In this document: positions 43,280 through 58,085 of the stretch, piece by piece
How the letters are laid out: every line of letters starts with the position of its first letter
Position numbering within the stretch: the first letter of the stretch is position 1
NCBI GenBank assembly: GCA_051294375.1
Contig: CM119268.1
Location: 16,107,682-16,171,527, forward strand
Reading direction: 5' to 3'
Origin: Paraspadella gotoi
Lineage: Eukaryota; Animalia; Chaetognatha
DNA length: 63,846 nt
Notes under the pieces: generated by a model
The model's input: the letters and a program-made list of their open reading frames with translations, nothing else
Databases searched by the model: none
What the model was told of the DNA's origin: nothing
Program-made: the position numbers and the translations under genes

Positions 43280-44859
43280 TTGTTCATCGTCGTGTCGGGC
43301 TCTACGGTTAACTCTTTATCGCCAGCATTCGTTTTCTCTTTTGACACATCAGACGATGAGAGAGCTTTCTTGCTGTCAGCATTACTGAGTTTTTTGGCTC
43401 ATTTTAGACCTAAATAAAGAGATTTCATTTTTTGTCGGTTATTCTTTCACTTTTTAACTCGCAACAGAAATTCGTTCTGGCGACAAAGTATCTTGTATGG
43501 AAATGGTGCAACCATTATAAAAATTAGTCTGGCCTCGCTTCCGTATCAAGGAACAGATATTATTTTTTAACAGTTAATTAGATTGAAGTATGAGCTCTGC
43601 AGGACCTACTATGTCATTATCTTGTAAGAATGAGGGAGGCTTTAACCCACCAACGCCTGTCCAAAGTCAGGGGCAAGATAGCTTATTTATTAATTGAATG
43701 GATAATTTTTATATTGTAAATTCATACAAAAATAAATAAAAAGAGCCGACGGTGATGAAATTGATACTTCATGATTTTCGGCATCAAAATGCAGACTTTT
43801 TTTAACCGAAGCTCAAAACCCGTGAGTATTTTTCCCATCCACCGATCACACTCGGCTTTTGTCCGCCATCTAGCGTTAATCGTCGTTTTTGTCGCCCGAG
43901 TCGTCGTCTGTCGTCGTCGTCGCGATGGTCGTCGTTCCTCTCGCCGTTATGGTTTTTATGGCTCAATTTCTTGAAAAATGGTCAGTCCTCGGGCAACATT
44001 TCACGCATTGCGCGACAACGCTCTCGCCCGGGGAAAGGTGTGGCGCTCGCAGGAGTGGAAGCCCATATTTTTCTTTCTCCCGCTTATATTTTTTCACGCG
44101 GGAAGAGGAGGAGGAAGAGGAGGAGGAAGAGGAGATTAAAGGAAGAGAAGAAACAAGGAAACGGTTTTCATCTTTCGCGTCGGAAAAGCGACGGTTCCTG
44201 GCGGCAATTTCGAATTACGACGCTTTCAAAGGTTGCTAGGAAACGAGATAAGAAGTTGGATGGAGGCCTTAAACCACCAAAGCCTGTCCAAAGTCGGCAA
44301 GATAGCTTATCTATTGAATGAATGGTTTATTTTTTATATTGGTTTTACCAATTTCATGTAATATCGAATAGTACAACGTTAGTAGAGCCACTATGAAAAA
44401 TATCCATTCGTTCAATATAAGTACAAGCTATCTCGCCTCTTAACTTTGGACATGCTATACGGATCAGATATTCCAAAAACTCCTGAATCATTCAATCAGA
44501 ATTTCTAACAATTTGGTAATTTATTTATCTATATTTATTTATTAGTTTTCACTCTTAATTCTAAAAATAGCGACTCCTTCGATCGTCATAATATGCGGAA
44601 TCGTTGAACTGACTGTTTTATATTAAAAAAAACCCAATGAATAAAAGTAAAATATTCAACAATGAAATTCAAAGATAAAAAGAGCATCTTCGTAATTGAG
44701 CATCTGTGTTGTCGCTCATCTCTTCCATTTCGCTTCGCCTTCACCTTCATCCTCGATTTCCCTCATTGACTCCTCCGTTCACTTTTCCCCTTCTCACCTA
44801 ATTCACCGACGTTATCAAGCGATAAAAAATTTATGGAGGAAAATCCACTCTCCGTTTCC

Positions 44860-44937
<78 letters not shown>

Positions 44938-45690
44938 ATACCCTCTTGTCCTACTTTCGCCTGACCTTTTCCTCGCCCGGCTTTCCCTCTAATCACCTGC
45001 CCAATTCATAATCCGTCGCGACCATAAATATTCACCACCATCACCGATTCAAAGCTTCGACCGCAAGGAAGACCGGGGATGGGGAATTGAGGATCGGGAA
45101 GGGGATTTTGGGAAGGGGTTTGGGGAAATGGGAATTGGGACTGGAGATTTGGGAAGTGGATTTGGGAATGAGGACATGGGGGGAATATATCATAAGGGGA
45201 TTTGGAGAAGGAATTGAGGAGGGGATTTGGGGAAAGAGATTGGGGAATTGATGGGGAAAGATTGGAGAGCGTATTGGGTAGGTGATTGGGGATTGGATTT
45301 GTAAAAGGGAATTTGTGGAAGGGGATTTTTTAGGGAAGGGTATCTTGGGAAGGGGATTTGAGGATGGAGATTTGGGAAGAGATTGGGGAAGAAATTGGGA
45401 AGGTGATTGGAGAGGGCATTTTGGGCGGGAATTTCATGAAGGGGATTCGGGAGTGGCCTGAGGAAAGGGGATTTGGGGAAGGGGAACAAAGAATGGAGGA
45501 AAGGCTGTGGTCTTTGTGGTCGGTCGGTCGCCCTTCGCGGAATCGGGTCAGATGAAGGAGGAATTGGAGTGGAGAGAGAAAAGGCGGTCGAAGTCGAAAT
45601 CCTTTGAAGGCGAAGACGAAGACGAAATGTGGAAAGTGAGGAGTTTAATTGAAGGCCACTTGCGCAATGAGGAAAGAAAGAAAGAAAGAA

Positions 45691-45730
<40 letters not shown>

Positions 45731-46350
45731 AGAGAAAGAAAAGAAAAGAAAGAAAGAAAAAAGAAAGAAAGAAGGAAAGACAGGGTCGACGGAGAAGTGG
45801 TTGTTGCTTTCTTCTTTCTCTTCTTTCTTCTTTCTTTCTTCTTTCTTTCTTTCTTTCGTCTTTCTTTCTTTCTTCTTTCTTTTTCTTTCTTTTCTTTCTC
45901 CCCTCTTTCTCTTCCGGAGGGTGGAGTCCAAATCCGAATCAAAGGTTCACGTCTCATTTGCTTCGAAATTGAATGCGAGCGAATTAGCGTCGACGTCGTC
46001 GACCGCATCGGAAAGCGAAGAAATAAGTAAGAAAGGGGAGAAAAGAAGGAATTTAAAAAGGGGAAAGAGAAGAAAGAAAGAACGAAAGAAGAAAAGAAGA
46101 GAGAAAGAAGAAAAAAAGAAATAAAATAAAAAGAAAGAGAAGTAAGAAAATAAAGAAAGAAGAAAGAAAGGAAGAAAGAAATTTTAAGAGTAAAAGATAG
46201 TAGGAAAAATAGAGACATAATAAAAGTAATACAAATCATTATCATCGTGATTTTTCACTCACAATATACTTTTTATGGAAACGGTTGTTGTAAACTACTG
46301 TGAAGCGCAAGTTGACGATGTCAACTGATGTTTACAATAAGTGTATTGTA
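42235..46350. repeat. Segmental duplicate (direct copy at about 52610-56685)
   Basis: Colinear near-identity with small indels and SNPs. Confidence 0.92.
45075..45485. repeat. G-rich degenerate (gggatttgggaa)-like array; duplicate at 55430-55845
   Basis: Directly visible. Confidence 0.8.
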
Positions 46351-46807
46351 AAACAATTTGAGCAAACAATGTTCGGATCTGCCTACGATAATTTTAAATA
46401 ATTAATTAATTAATTAATTAATCGATTAATTAATTAATTATTAATTTTAATATGTATAATAATTAATTTTAAATTCTATATTCAATTATCATTTCATCGA
46501 TGGGTCCTTAAAATTGGGTTTAGGACAGTTATTAAAAATATTATTTTGTTTTTACATTTTATCAAACCAAACAAATATCCTTCTATTTTTATTTTATGTC
46601 TCCTTCATCTCTCCTCTCTCTCACATCACTCTCTCTCGATCTCTCTTCCTCCTCTCTCTCTTTTTCTGCAATTGCGGAACGAATCTTTATATGCTTTTCA
46701 GATTTTTTTTTAACTTGCATCAATTTTTTTCCACATTAATTAATTAATTAATATCATTAATTAATTAAAGACATTTATTAGTAATCATTAATATTAAAGA
46801 TTAATGT

Positions 46808-49401
46808 AAATGTGACTTATGTTTTTTCCATCTAAACTCATTTCCCCTGGCACAATTTCCGTCAATACTTTATATATTATTATATATTAATAATATTTTT
46901 AAAAGCTCAGTGCACAACCCAATGAACTAAATTCAAAAAGTTATATTGAAAAATCGATTTAGAGTAAAAGAAAAAAAAAAATTTAAAGAGAACTAGAAGT
47001 TATACAAAAACGTGTTTTCAATTTTGGCCCGCCTTACTAGATATTAGGCCTTACTAGATATATTGGCATGTGAATTAAAACAATGTTATCGAAATAATAT
47101 TTATCAATTTTAATGTATTGTAAGTATTTATTAAGTATTTTTATTCAGTGAGGTAAAATAACAACTTTTTTTATTCGCTAATTTTTATCTCGGCACTCTC
47201 TTCTCTTTCTTATCTTTCTCCCTCTCCTCTCTCTCCTCTCTCTTCCGTCTCTCCTCTTCTCTCATCTCTCTCTCTCTCTCCTCTCTTTGAAAATTGCGAA
47301 ACGATCCTTATGCTCATTTTAAAATACTGCTCTCTCAGCACGTCGTCTCTCTCTCTCTCTCGTCTTTCTTGCTCTCTCTCCTCTCTCCTGACTCTCTCTC
47401 TCTTCTCTCTTTGCAATTTGCGACGATCCTTATGCTTTTAGGATTTTTTAACTTGTATCATTTTTTCTGCTTTCAAGTAATGTGACTTATTTTTTTTTTT
47501 TCATTTAAACCATTTCCAACACTGGCACAATTCCGTCAAACTTTATATCTAGCTTTTTCAAAAACACTTTCCTAACCCGCTCAACAAAATTTCATCTCAA
47601 TCTATTATGGGTTAAAATAAGTAAAGATTCAAGTAAATGTGACTCATATTTTTTTCAATTTAAACTCATTTCCACTCGTACGTTTCCACCGAAACTTTAT
47701 ATCAAAGCATCGATACAAACAATTTTTTACCACCCCACATCAAAAAATTTGAAAACTCAATCTATCCATTCCCAATTAGTTAATTAGAGACTTTTGGTTA
47801 AAATAAGTAAAAATGATTTTAGTAAATGCGACTTAGTTTTTTTCCACTTAAACTCATTCCAACTCACTACGATTCCGTCGAAACTTTATACTCCAGCTTA
47901 TCACACACTTTCGCTACCTACACACAAAATCATCATTTCAATCCAACCAGCCAATCACGAAGTTTATTGGAGGCTTTTTGCTAAGGTGGGACGGATGGAG
48001 GATTGATGACTGATTTAATTAATTATTGATTAATTAATTGAACTAATTGATTAATTAACTGATTAATTATTTGACTATTAATACATCTTGCCTATACATT
48101 TAAATATAAAAGGAAAGAAAGCATAATCATTAGTGAACAGGTTTTTGTTTTTCATTTAAATCATTTTCCACTCAAAAGATTCATCGAAAACTTGGTTTCC
48201 TGTTCAAATCACAAACACTTTCTACTCACATACAAAATTTCGGTTTCCAATCGATAATTAAGTGGTAATAAGCTATCTTGGTCAACATTTGCATAATTTA
48301 ATCAACTTTGCATAATTTGGTCACATGACATAATTTGGTTAACTGACATAATTTGGTCTACTGACATAATTTGGTCAACTGACATAATTTGGGTCAAACT
48401 GACATAATTTGATAATTAAGATAATTTGGTCAAAACGGCATAAATTTGGTTAACTGGCATAAATTTTATCCAACTAGCCTAATTTGTCAACAGGCATATT
48501 TGGTCAAACTTGCAAAACTTGATTAACTTGCAGAATTTGTCAACTGGCATACTTTGTCAATTAGCATAATTTGGTCAATCAATCAATCAATCAATCAATC
48601 AAATAATCAGAGAGAGAGAGAGAGAAACTTTTAAAAAATTCAATAAATGTGTCTTTTGGTTTTCCTAATTTGGAACTCTTTCCACCTCATACGATTCCAA
48701 TAGAAAAAATTTTTATCGCCAGCTTTATCACATACTTTCCTACACACACACAAAATTCAATTTTCGATTTATCTATCCATTTTTATAAACAAATAAATTA
48801 TGAGTAAATTTAAGTAAAATCTTAAGTAAATACTGACTTTTGTTTTCCATTTTAACTCATTTCCACTCGCCACGATTCCAATCGAAACTTTATATCCGGC
48901 TCAATCACACACTTTCATACCATCATACAAATTTCAATCAACTTGCACCTATCCACTCTGAAGCAATTGGCGTTCTAAATGTGAAATATATTTTTTTTGT
49001 TTTTTCAAATTTAACTAATTTCCACTCGCGACGATTCCCTCGAAAACTTCATATCCATCTCAATCACACAGTTTCCCTACCCACACACAAATTTTCATAC
49101 GCAATCCATTCATAGCCAATGCACGGGTAATTGGAGTTTTTTGCTAAGGTTGGGACGGACGGACGGACGGAACGGACGGACGGACGGGAGACGGAACGGA
49201 CTGGACGGACGGACGGACGGACGGAACAGACAGACGGACGGGACGGACATCATTTTTTTTTTGCATAATTTATCATAATTGATGTTCTGACATGAATAAG
49301 TGTGTGCCCCGACAATTATTGAGGGGGCGGGGGACGCGACGACCGAAAAAGTAGTTATAGAGTCGGGATCTGCTGATAAGCAGATCCCGACTAAAAAAAA
49401 A
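46808..49401 (+). mobile_element. Larger Helentron/DINE-like composite with internal tandem subrepeats
   Basis: Repeated blocks of about 150-190 bp (aatgtgactt...aaactcatttccactc...aaactttatat), an about 20-bp tandem array at 48280-48580 (gcataatttggtcaact), (GGAC)n at 49152-49248, and a perfect 14-bp-arm hairpin at 49361-49392 before an A-run. The 5' boundary is uncertain. Confidence 0.5.
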
Positions 49402-50927
49402 AATGTTTAACATACGCTAAGAAAAATTGACGACAGGACAACGACGACGACGAAGCGAAGATGTAAGAACGACCAAACGACAACAACATAGAGAGAACGA
49501 AAGGCGACTTGATTAACGTGAAGACGACTACGATCAAGAATAACGACGACAACGACAACGACGACGACAACGGCAAACGACGGACAACGTCGAATGATAA
49601 CGACGACACGACGACGACGACCAAAGAACGACATAAATTATCAAAATTGGCCATTATGCAGAATAAATTGTGAGGTAAAAAGATGACGGGCTCAAATTGG
49701 CAACCTGAGGGGGGGGGATTTGGAGTGCGCACGTTTACGCAGAATTAAATTTGGAGTCGTTTTTCTATTTAGAGGACGATGATGATGACGCACGCTGGAC
49801 GACGACCACGAACGTAATAAATCCTTATATCCAAAGGTTGTTAAAAATTAATAACAAAAAAAAGAAAAGAGCTGATTTAAAAAAAAAAAACCTAAAAGTA
49901 GAACTAGCCAATTCAGACTTTTTAAAACATGTCGTATGATACCACCAACGTGCGAGGAGGAACGACTACGTTTCCGAATCGACAATCAGGGCAAACAATA
50001 CAAACAACGAAAATCGCTTAATTAAAGGACTTCTGGAAAGTAAAGAAGCAAAAGAAGAAAGAGAATTCAGGAAATTCTAAACTAATTGCCAACGTCCGCG
50101 ACGTTTTCGCTTTTAACTAAACATCGAGATAAAAACAACAACAAATTATACATTAAATAATAAAGATTCGTGTTTATCATCCAATTAATCCTATCTAAAC
50201 TCACCATCGTGCGACGAGCTTGGGCCGACGTCCCCCGTCCTCAGCTGATGGGCGTGGCAATCCGTGTCGGCCGGCGACTTCGGGCGGGCACGTATTGCCC
50301 ACAACTGGCAATTCGAAAGGAAGAAGGGTTGGGCGGTGAAGGGCAAGGCGCCGGGCACGAGCATCAGCCGGGCTGAGGGGCGGCCCGAGGATGGAGGCGG
50401 GGCCGAGGAGGAAAGTTGAGCGGTCGCTGGAAGAAGGAAAAAAAGGCGAAGTGTGTTCGGGTTAAGAGTCTAAATTTTAACGTTTAATTTTTTTAAATAT
50501 TTTTTAGAAATTTTAGTTCTAGTTAGGGTTTCAAATAACAGTTAATTTTTGAAATTTAGCTTAACCGTTAAAACATAATATTTTTTAACGGTTAACCGCG
50601 TTAAAATCGGTTAATTTTAATAATTTACTTTAAATTTAAATATTAATTATTTAAAATCAAACTAAAGTATTTAATGGTATGTTTATCTTAAACCTCTTGC
50701 TCCTGTATCTTTTTTAATCTTCTATTTCAAGATAGAATAGTAACATATTTTAGTTAGTAAAAATTAAAATTNNNNNNNNNNNNNNNNNNNNNNNNNAAAA
50801 AAAAGAGAACAATTTAACTAAACAGAACTTAGACAAAGAAGTTTTGATGGGAAGGCATTAGCGTTGGCCTAGGAAACCACGATGCGCCGTAATTTCTCNN
50901 NNNNNNNNNNNNNNNNNNNNNNNAGAG

Positions 50928-50994
<67 letters not shown>

Positions 50995-50997
<3 letters not shown>

Positions 50998-51177
50998 AGA
51001 ACAAACCTGCGAAGGGATTGCGGAAGTTTTTTTTTAGTGAAAAAAAGATTTTAATAATAAATCAAAAGTGTGTGAGAAAAAGAGGGAATGAGAGATAGAG
51101 AGAAAGAGAGAGAGTTGAAGATAGAAAAGAGAAAAGATAAGGTGTTTTTGCCGATAGGTGATTATAACCAGAGGAAT

Positions 51178-51252
<75 letters not shown>

Positions 51253-51421
51253 TACGGCGCATCGTGGTTTCCTAGGCAACGCTAATGCCTTCCCATCAAA
51301 ACTTCTTTGTCTAAGTTCTGTTTAGTTAAATTGTTCTCTTTTTTTTTATTCTCCCGTTCATTCGAGTTCCTCTAATGTTTTTTCCGTGCGGCTGGATTCC
51401 ATTTCTCTCTTTCCTCTCTCT

Positions 51422-51502
<81 letters not shown>

Positions 51503-52605
51503 ATCCATTCGTCGTTGCCGGTTATCGGTGAAAATGCCGGAGGAAAATCCGCCGTCTCGTTAAAACTTGTTATTTTGCTAAGAAAAAAAAAATGGAAGGG
51601 ATGAAAGGTTGGAGATCCTCCAGGAGCTGTTAGTGGAGCACAAGCTGGAGAGAGTTGCTCCCAGTGGAGTGTGAATTTAATAAAAATTGTCGATTGGAAC
51701 AAACGAAACTAAATATACCCAGACTAAAAACTCACGCTCGATTATAAAGCATATGAGAGCGAAAAATTCATTTAATACGTCGAAAAATCAATAATTAGCT
51801 TTTGCGAAATTCGCGCTTCGTCTTTCTAACGCACAGCCTCTCGTTAACAGTGATGCTTTTTTCTCCGCTCACTGCGTTCACTGCTTCATCGATCAGTTTA
51901 CCCATCCGTCGGAGTCGCCGCTGCCGCTGCCTCCGCCGCCTCCGACGCCGCACAGAGCAGTTGATTTGACTTGACTCACTTAATAAAGCTTGAGAGGCTG
52001 CCGTCAGAATGTTTTTTTAAGGTGGGAAAGGTGATTCGGTTGTGTTGACCTGGCACATTTCGTTGTTCGAGAAAAGGATGAAATTCCACTTTTCCATTTT
52101 TTTTCTTCTTGATTTTTTGAGCTTCCCTTCTCTTTTCCCTTCCGTTAAAAACCGTAGAGACGAGAGTAAACTTTAAAGGACAAGACGACGTCAGATGATT
52201 CGTTCACGACGCTTCGACGATTTTGCCGACAAATAGTGACGTCTGACGAAAATGACGCCTGTCAACTTCTATTGTCTGGGAATTGTGAGTCGTTCACATG
52301 GGGGAAAGAGAATCATAGTCTTTGTCATTTAATTTTATTTTATAAAATATGAAATATAAACGAGATTCAAAAGAAAATGAAGACGTAAATCAAAATTTAA
52401 ACGATATAAAAGTATGATATGAGCGTCACTCGTGTTCCAGAGCAAAGAAATCCGATGGGTGCTTCGACCCGTGACAGTAGACACTAGACACACTGAGACA
52501 GTGTCATAAAACGCGCGCGGTTTGAAAAAAGTCGCCACAATCAGTAATACAACATCAAAATCTCTTTCGAAACCTTTTTACCTTTCAAATTAAAAAGATA
52601 AAATT
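50995..52605 (-). repeat. Inverted copy of about 40555-42160
   Basis: Reverse-complement match, e.g. 41470-41570 vs 51590-51690 and 40620-40740 vs 52420-52540. Confidence 0.9.
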
Positions 52606-55190
52606 ACTCTCTCTCTCTTTTCCCCGCTTCCACAGTTAATCAATTTTTTCGCACCCATTACAACGTAATTTATTACTACGTAATTTATTACCTCGCGGCT
52701 TTTTTTTCGTGATTATCTGGGAAAACGGGAGAAGGAAGGAGCGGGAGAAGCGCGATACATTTTCATTAGCGCCTTTAATAATCACCATCAGCTTCGCAAT
52801 TCTCTCCCTTTTCTCTTTCCCCGTCTTTTCTTGGAAAAAAAGATTTCGGGAGATGTTTGTCTTATCGGAAAACCGAAAGTGCACGACTTGATAATAATAT
52901 TTTTTATTCGTATTCAAAAGTCGCAAGGTTATAATCACAATATCATAGATACGCAAAGTTTCTTTAGTTATACATGTATCGTATGACTAATCTTATAATT
53001 TTATAATTGACGCGCCAAAAAAAAAAGCCACTATTGCACTTCGTGTCACACGCATTGCCATTTTCGTGCCATTTTTTCTTGCCGTCCCTTCTCCAACATT
53101 TTCCTCTAGTTCCAAAACTCTTTCGCCTCCTTGAATTTTTGATGGGGACTTTCAAACTTCATTAAGCGTCGTCGTCTTCGCTGGAAAGGCATTCGTCCTG
53201 CGAGGGATTACTTCTTCTTCGTCGTCGTTTTCGTCGTCGTCGTCGACGTCGTCTGCCTCGTCGTCGTCTGCCCACGGCAACGTGCTCTTCATCTTTTCCT
53301 CCATTCGATTTCATTCGTTATCGTCATTGTCAAGGATCATCGCTTTTCATTCGATATTCATTAGGCCCTTTTGTAATTATCCTCATTATTGTTTGAATTA
53401 ATGATTGGTTTTGTTTTTTTTTATCTTTTTGTTACTCCAAAATTCGTTTTACTATTTTCATTATTGACACATCTAATTTCTGTTGTTTCTGTTGCCAAAT
53501 TTAGTCATTAAAAATTATTTTAACTTCACAAAAAAATATCCCTTGCCGTCGTTATATTTTTTTGTTGTTGTCGTTATCACCCGCGATGTCTTCGTCGTCG
53601 TCGTCATCGTCGTCGTCGTTGTGTTCATCGTCGTCGTCGGGCTCTACGGTTAACTCTTTATCGCCAGCATTCGTTTTCTCTTTTGACACATCAGACGATG
53701 AGAGAGCTTTCTTGCTGTCAGCATTACTTAGTTTTTTGGCTCATTTTAGACCTAAATAAAGAGATTTCATTTTTTGTCGGTTATTCTTTCACTTTTTAAC
53801 TCGCAACAGAAATTCGTTCTGGCGACAAAGTATCTTGTATGGAAATGGTGCAACCATTATAAAAATTAGTCTGGCCTCGCTTCCCTATCAAGGAACAGAT
53901 ATTATTTTTTAACAGTTTTAATTAGATTGAAGTAATGAAAGCTTGCAGGGACCTACTATGTCATTATCTTGTAAGAATGAGGGAGGCTTTAACCCACCAA
54001 CGCCTGTCCAAAGTCAGGGGCAAGATAGCTTATTTATTAATTGAATGGATAATTTTTATATTGTACCAATTTCATACAAAAATAAATAAAAAGAGCCGAC
54101 GGTGATGAAATTGATACTTCATGATTTTCGGCATCAAAATGCAGACTTTTTTTAACGAAGCTCGAAACCCGTGAGTATTTTTCCCATCCACCGATCACAC
54201 TCGGCTTTTGTCCGCCATCGAGCGTTAATCGTCGTTTTTGTCGCCCGTAGTCGTCGTCTTCGTCGCGATGGTCGTCGTTCCTCTCGCCGTTATGGTTTTT
54301 ATGGCTTAATTTCTTGAAAAATGGTCAGTCCTCGGGCAACATTTCACGCATTGCGCGACAACGCTCTTCGCCCGGGGAAAGGTGTGGCGCTCGCAGGAGT
54401 GGAAGCCCATATTTTCTTTCTCCCGCTTATATTTTTTCACGCGGGAAGAGGAGGAGGAAGAGGAGGAGGAAGAGGAGATTAAAGGAAGAGAAGAAACAAG
54501 GAAACGGTTTTCATCTTTCGCGTCGGAAAAGCGACGGTTCCTGGCGGCAATTTCGAATTACGACGCTTTCAAAGGTTGCTAGGAAACGAGATAAGAAGTT
54601 GGATGGAGGCCTTAAACCACCAAAGCCTGTCCAAAGTCGGCAAGATAGCTTATCTATTGAATGAATGGTTTATTTTTATATTGGTTTTACCAATTTCATG
54701 TAATATCGAATAGTACAACGTTAGTAGAGCCACTATGAAAAATATCCATTCGTACAAGCTTTCTCGCCTCTTAACTTTGGACATGCTATACGGATCAGAT
54801 ATTCCAAAAACTCCTGAATCATTCAATCAAGAATTTCTAACAATTTGGTAATTTATCTATCTATATTTATTTATTAGTTTTCACTCTTAATTCTAAAAAT
54901 AGCGACTCCTTCGATCGTCATAATATGCGGAATCGTTGAACTGACTGTTTTATATTAAAAAAAACCCAATGAATAAAAGTAAAATATTCAACAATGAAAT
55001 TCAAAGATAAAAGAGCATCTTCGTAATTGAGCATCTGTGTTGTCGCTCATCTCTTCCATTTCGCTTCGCCTTCACCTTCATCCTCGATTTCCCTCATTGA
55101 CTCCTCCGTTCACTTTTCCCCTTCTCACCTAATTCACCGACGTTATCAAGCGATAAAAAATTTATGGAGGAAAATTCCACTCTCGTTTCC

Positions 55191-55287
<97 letters not shown>

Positions 55288-56030
55288 ATAACCCTCTTGT
55301 CCTACCTTCGCCTGACCTTTTCCTCGCCCGGCTTTCCCTCTAATCACCTGCCCAATTCATAATCCGTCGCGACCATAAATATTCACCACCATCACCGATT
55401 CAAAGCTTCGACCGCAAGGAAGACCGGGGATGGGGAATTGAGGATCGGGAAGGGGATTTTGGGAAGGGGATTTGGGGAAATGGGAATTGGGGACTGGAGA
55501 TTTGGGAAGTGGATTTGGAAATGAGGACATGGGGGGGAATATATCATAAGGGGATTTGGAGAAGGAAATTGAGGAGGGGATTTGGGGAAAGAGATTGGGG
55601 AATTGATGGGGGAAAGATTGGAGAGCGTATTGGGTAGGTGATTGGGGATTGGATTTGTAAAAGGGAATTTGTGGAAGGGGATTTTTTAAGGGAAGGGTAT
55701 CTTGGGAAGGGGATTTGAGGATGGAGATTTGGGAAGAGATTGGGGAAGAAATTGGGAAGGTGATTGGAGAGGGCATTTTGGGCGGGAATTTCATGAAGGG
55801 GATTCGGGAGTGGCCCTGAGGAAAGGGGATTTGGGGAAGGGGAACAAAGAATGGAGGAAAGGCTGTGGTCTTTGTGGTCGGTCGGTCGCCCTCTCGGAAT
55901 CGGGTCAGATGAAGGAGGAATTGGAGTGGAGAGAGAAAAGGCGGTCGAAGTCGAAATCCTTTGAAGGCGAAGACGAAGACGAAATGTGGAAAGTGAGGAG
56001 TTTAATTGAAGGCCACTTGCGCAATGAGGA

Positions 56031-56106
<76 letters not shown>

Positions 56107-57445
56107 AGGAAAGACAGGGTCGACGGAGAAGTGGTTGGTTTGTTTTCTTTCTTTCTTTCTTTCTTTCTGTCTTTCTTTCTTTCTGTCTTTCTTTCTTTCT
56201 GTCTTTCTTTTTTCCTTTCTTTCCCCTCTTTCTCTCTCGGAGGGTGGAGTTCCAAAATCCGAATCAAAGGTTCACGTCTCATTTGCTTCGAATTGAATGC
56301 GAGCGAATTAGCGTCGACGTCGTCGACCGCATCGGAAAGCGAAGAAATAAGTAAAGAAATGGGGAGAAAAGAAGGAATTTAAAAGGGGAAACGAGAGACA
56401 GAAAGAAAGAACGAAAGAAGAAAAGAAAGAGAGAAAGAAAGAAAAAAAGAAATAAAATAAAAAGAAAGAAAGAAGTAAGAAAATAAAGAAAGAAGAAAGA
56501 AAGGAAGAAAGAAATTTAAGAGTAAAAGATAGTAGGAAAAATAGAGACAATTAATAAAAAGTAATACAAATCATTATCATCGTGATTTTTCACTCACAAT
56601 ATACTTTTTTATGGAACGGTTGTTGTAACTACTGTGAAGCGCAAGTTGACGATGTCAACTGATGTTTACAATAAGTGTATTGTAAAAAAAAATGTTACAT
56701 ACGGCTAAGAGAAAATTGACGACGACGACGACGACGACGAAGATGTAAGAACGACAACGACAACAACATAGAGAGAACGAAGGCGACTTGATTAACGGTG
56801 AAGACGACTACGATCAAGAACACGACGACAACGACAACGACGACGACAACGCAAACGACGACAACGTCGATGATAACGACGACAACGACGACGACGACCA
56901 AGACGACTAAATTATCAAATTGGCCATTATGCAGAATAAATTGTGAGGTAAAAAAGATGACGGCTCAAATTAGGCAACCTGAGGGGGGGGGGATTTGAGT
57001 GCGCTTCGTTTACGCAGATTAAATTTGGAGTCGTTTTCTATTTCAGAGGACGATGATGATGACGACGCTGGCGACGACCACGACGTAATAAAATCCGTTA
57101 TATCCAAGGTTGTTAAAATTAATACAAAAAGGTAAGAGCTGATAAAAAAAAAAAAACCTAAAAGTAGAACTAAGCCAATTCAGACGTTTTAAACAACGTG
57201 CGAGGAGGACGACTACGATTTCCGAAATCACAATCAGGGCAACAATACAACAACGAAATCGCTAATTAAAAGGACTTCTGGAAAGTAAGAAGCAAAGAAG
57301 AAAGAGAATCAGGAAATTCTAAACTAACTGCCAACGTCGCGACGTTTTCGCTTTTAAACTAAACATCGAGATAAAAACAACAACAATAAATACATAAATA
57401 AATAAAGATTCGTGTTATCATCCAAATTAATCCTAATCTACTCAC

Positions 57446-57650
57446 GGCGACGAGCTTGGCGACGTCCCCGTCCTCGCTGATGGGCGTGGCATCCGTGTCG
57501 GCGGCGACTTCGGGCGGCACGTATTGCCACAACTGGCAATTCGAAGGAAGAAGGGTGGCGGTGGAAGGGCAGGCGCCGGGCACGAGCATCAGGCCGGGCT
57601 GAGGGGCGGCCCGAGGATGGAGGCGGGCCGAGGAGGAAAGTTGAGCGTCG
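57446..57650 (-). CDS. Orphan exon-like segment of an unidentified gene (3 copies: about 50205-50427, 57446-57650, about 63588-63797)
   Basis: Polypyrimidine tract + ctccag acceptor and gtgagt donor on the minus strand; GC-rich open frame ...CQLWQYVPPEVAADTDATPISEDGDVAKLVA; family not recognised. Confidence 0.55.
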
Positions 57651-58018
57651 CTGGAGAAGGAAAAAAAAGCGGAAGTGTGTTCGGGTTAAGAGTCTAATTT
57701 TAACTTTAATTTTTTTTTATTTTTTAGAATTTTAGTTCTAGTTAAAGTATACTGTGTCAAATTTAAACTTCTTTTTTTTTTCCTTGCGATATTTTTCTGA
57801 TCTCCGTTTCTCAGTCGACTTCTCAGACTCATTTAAGCCACAGGTTTTTTAGGAGGCGTTTAGGAAACAGAGAGGATGCTCTCTCTCTGTTTCTCTCTCT
57901 CTTTCTTTCTCTTTCTCTCTCTATCTCTCTCTCTCTCTCTTTTTCCCTAATTGTTGCAGATTTGAGTAAAAACAAAGGAGCAACTGTTCGCCGTTGGGGA
58001 GGTCGGAAGAAAAATGGT

Positions 58019-58085
<67 letters not shown>

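Noticed and set aside
48280-48580. CRISPR-like or iteron array
   Set aside because: Degenerate head-to-tail repeat of about 20 bp without spacers, inside a repeat element.
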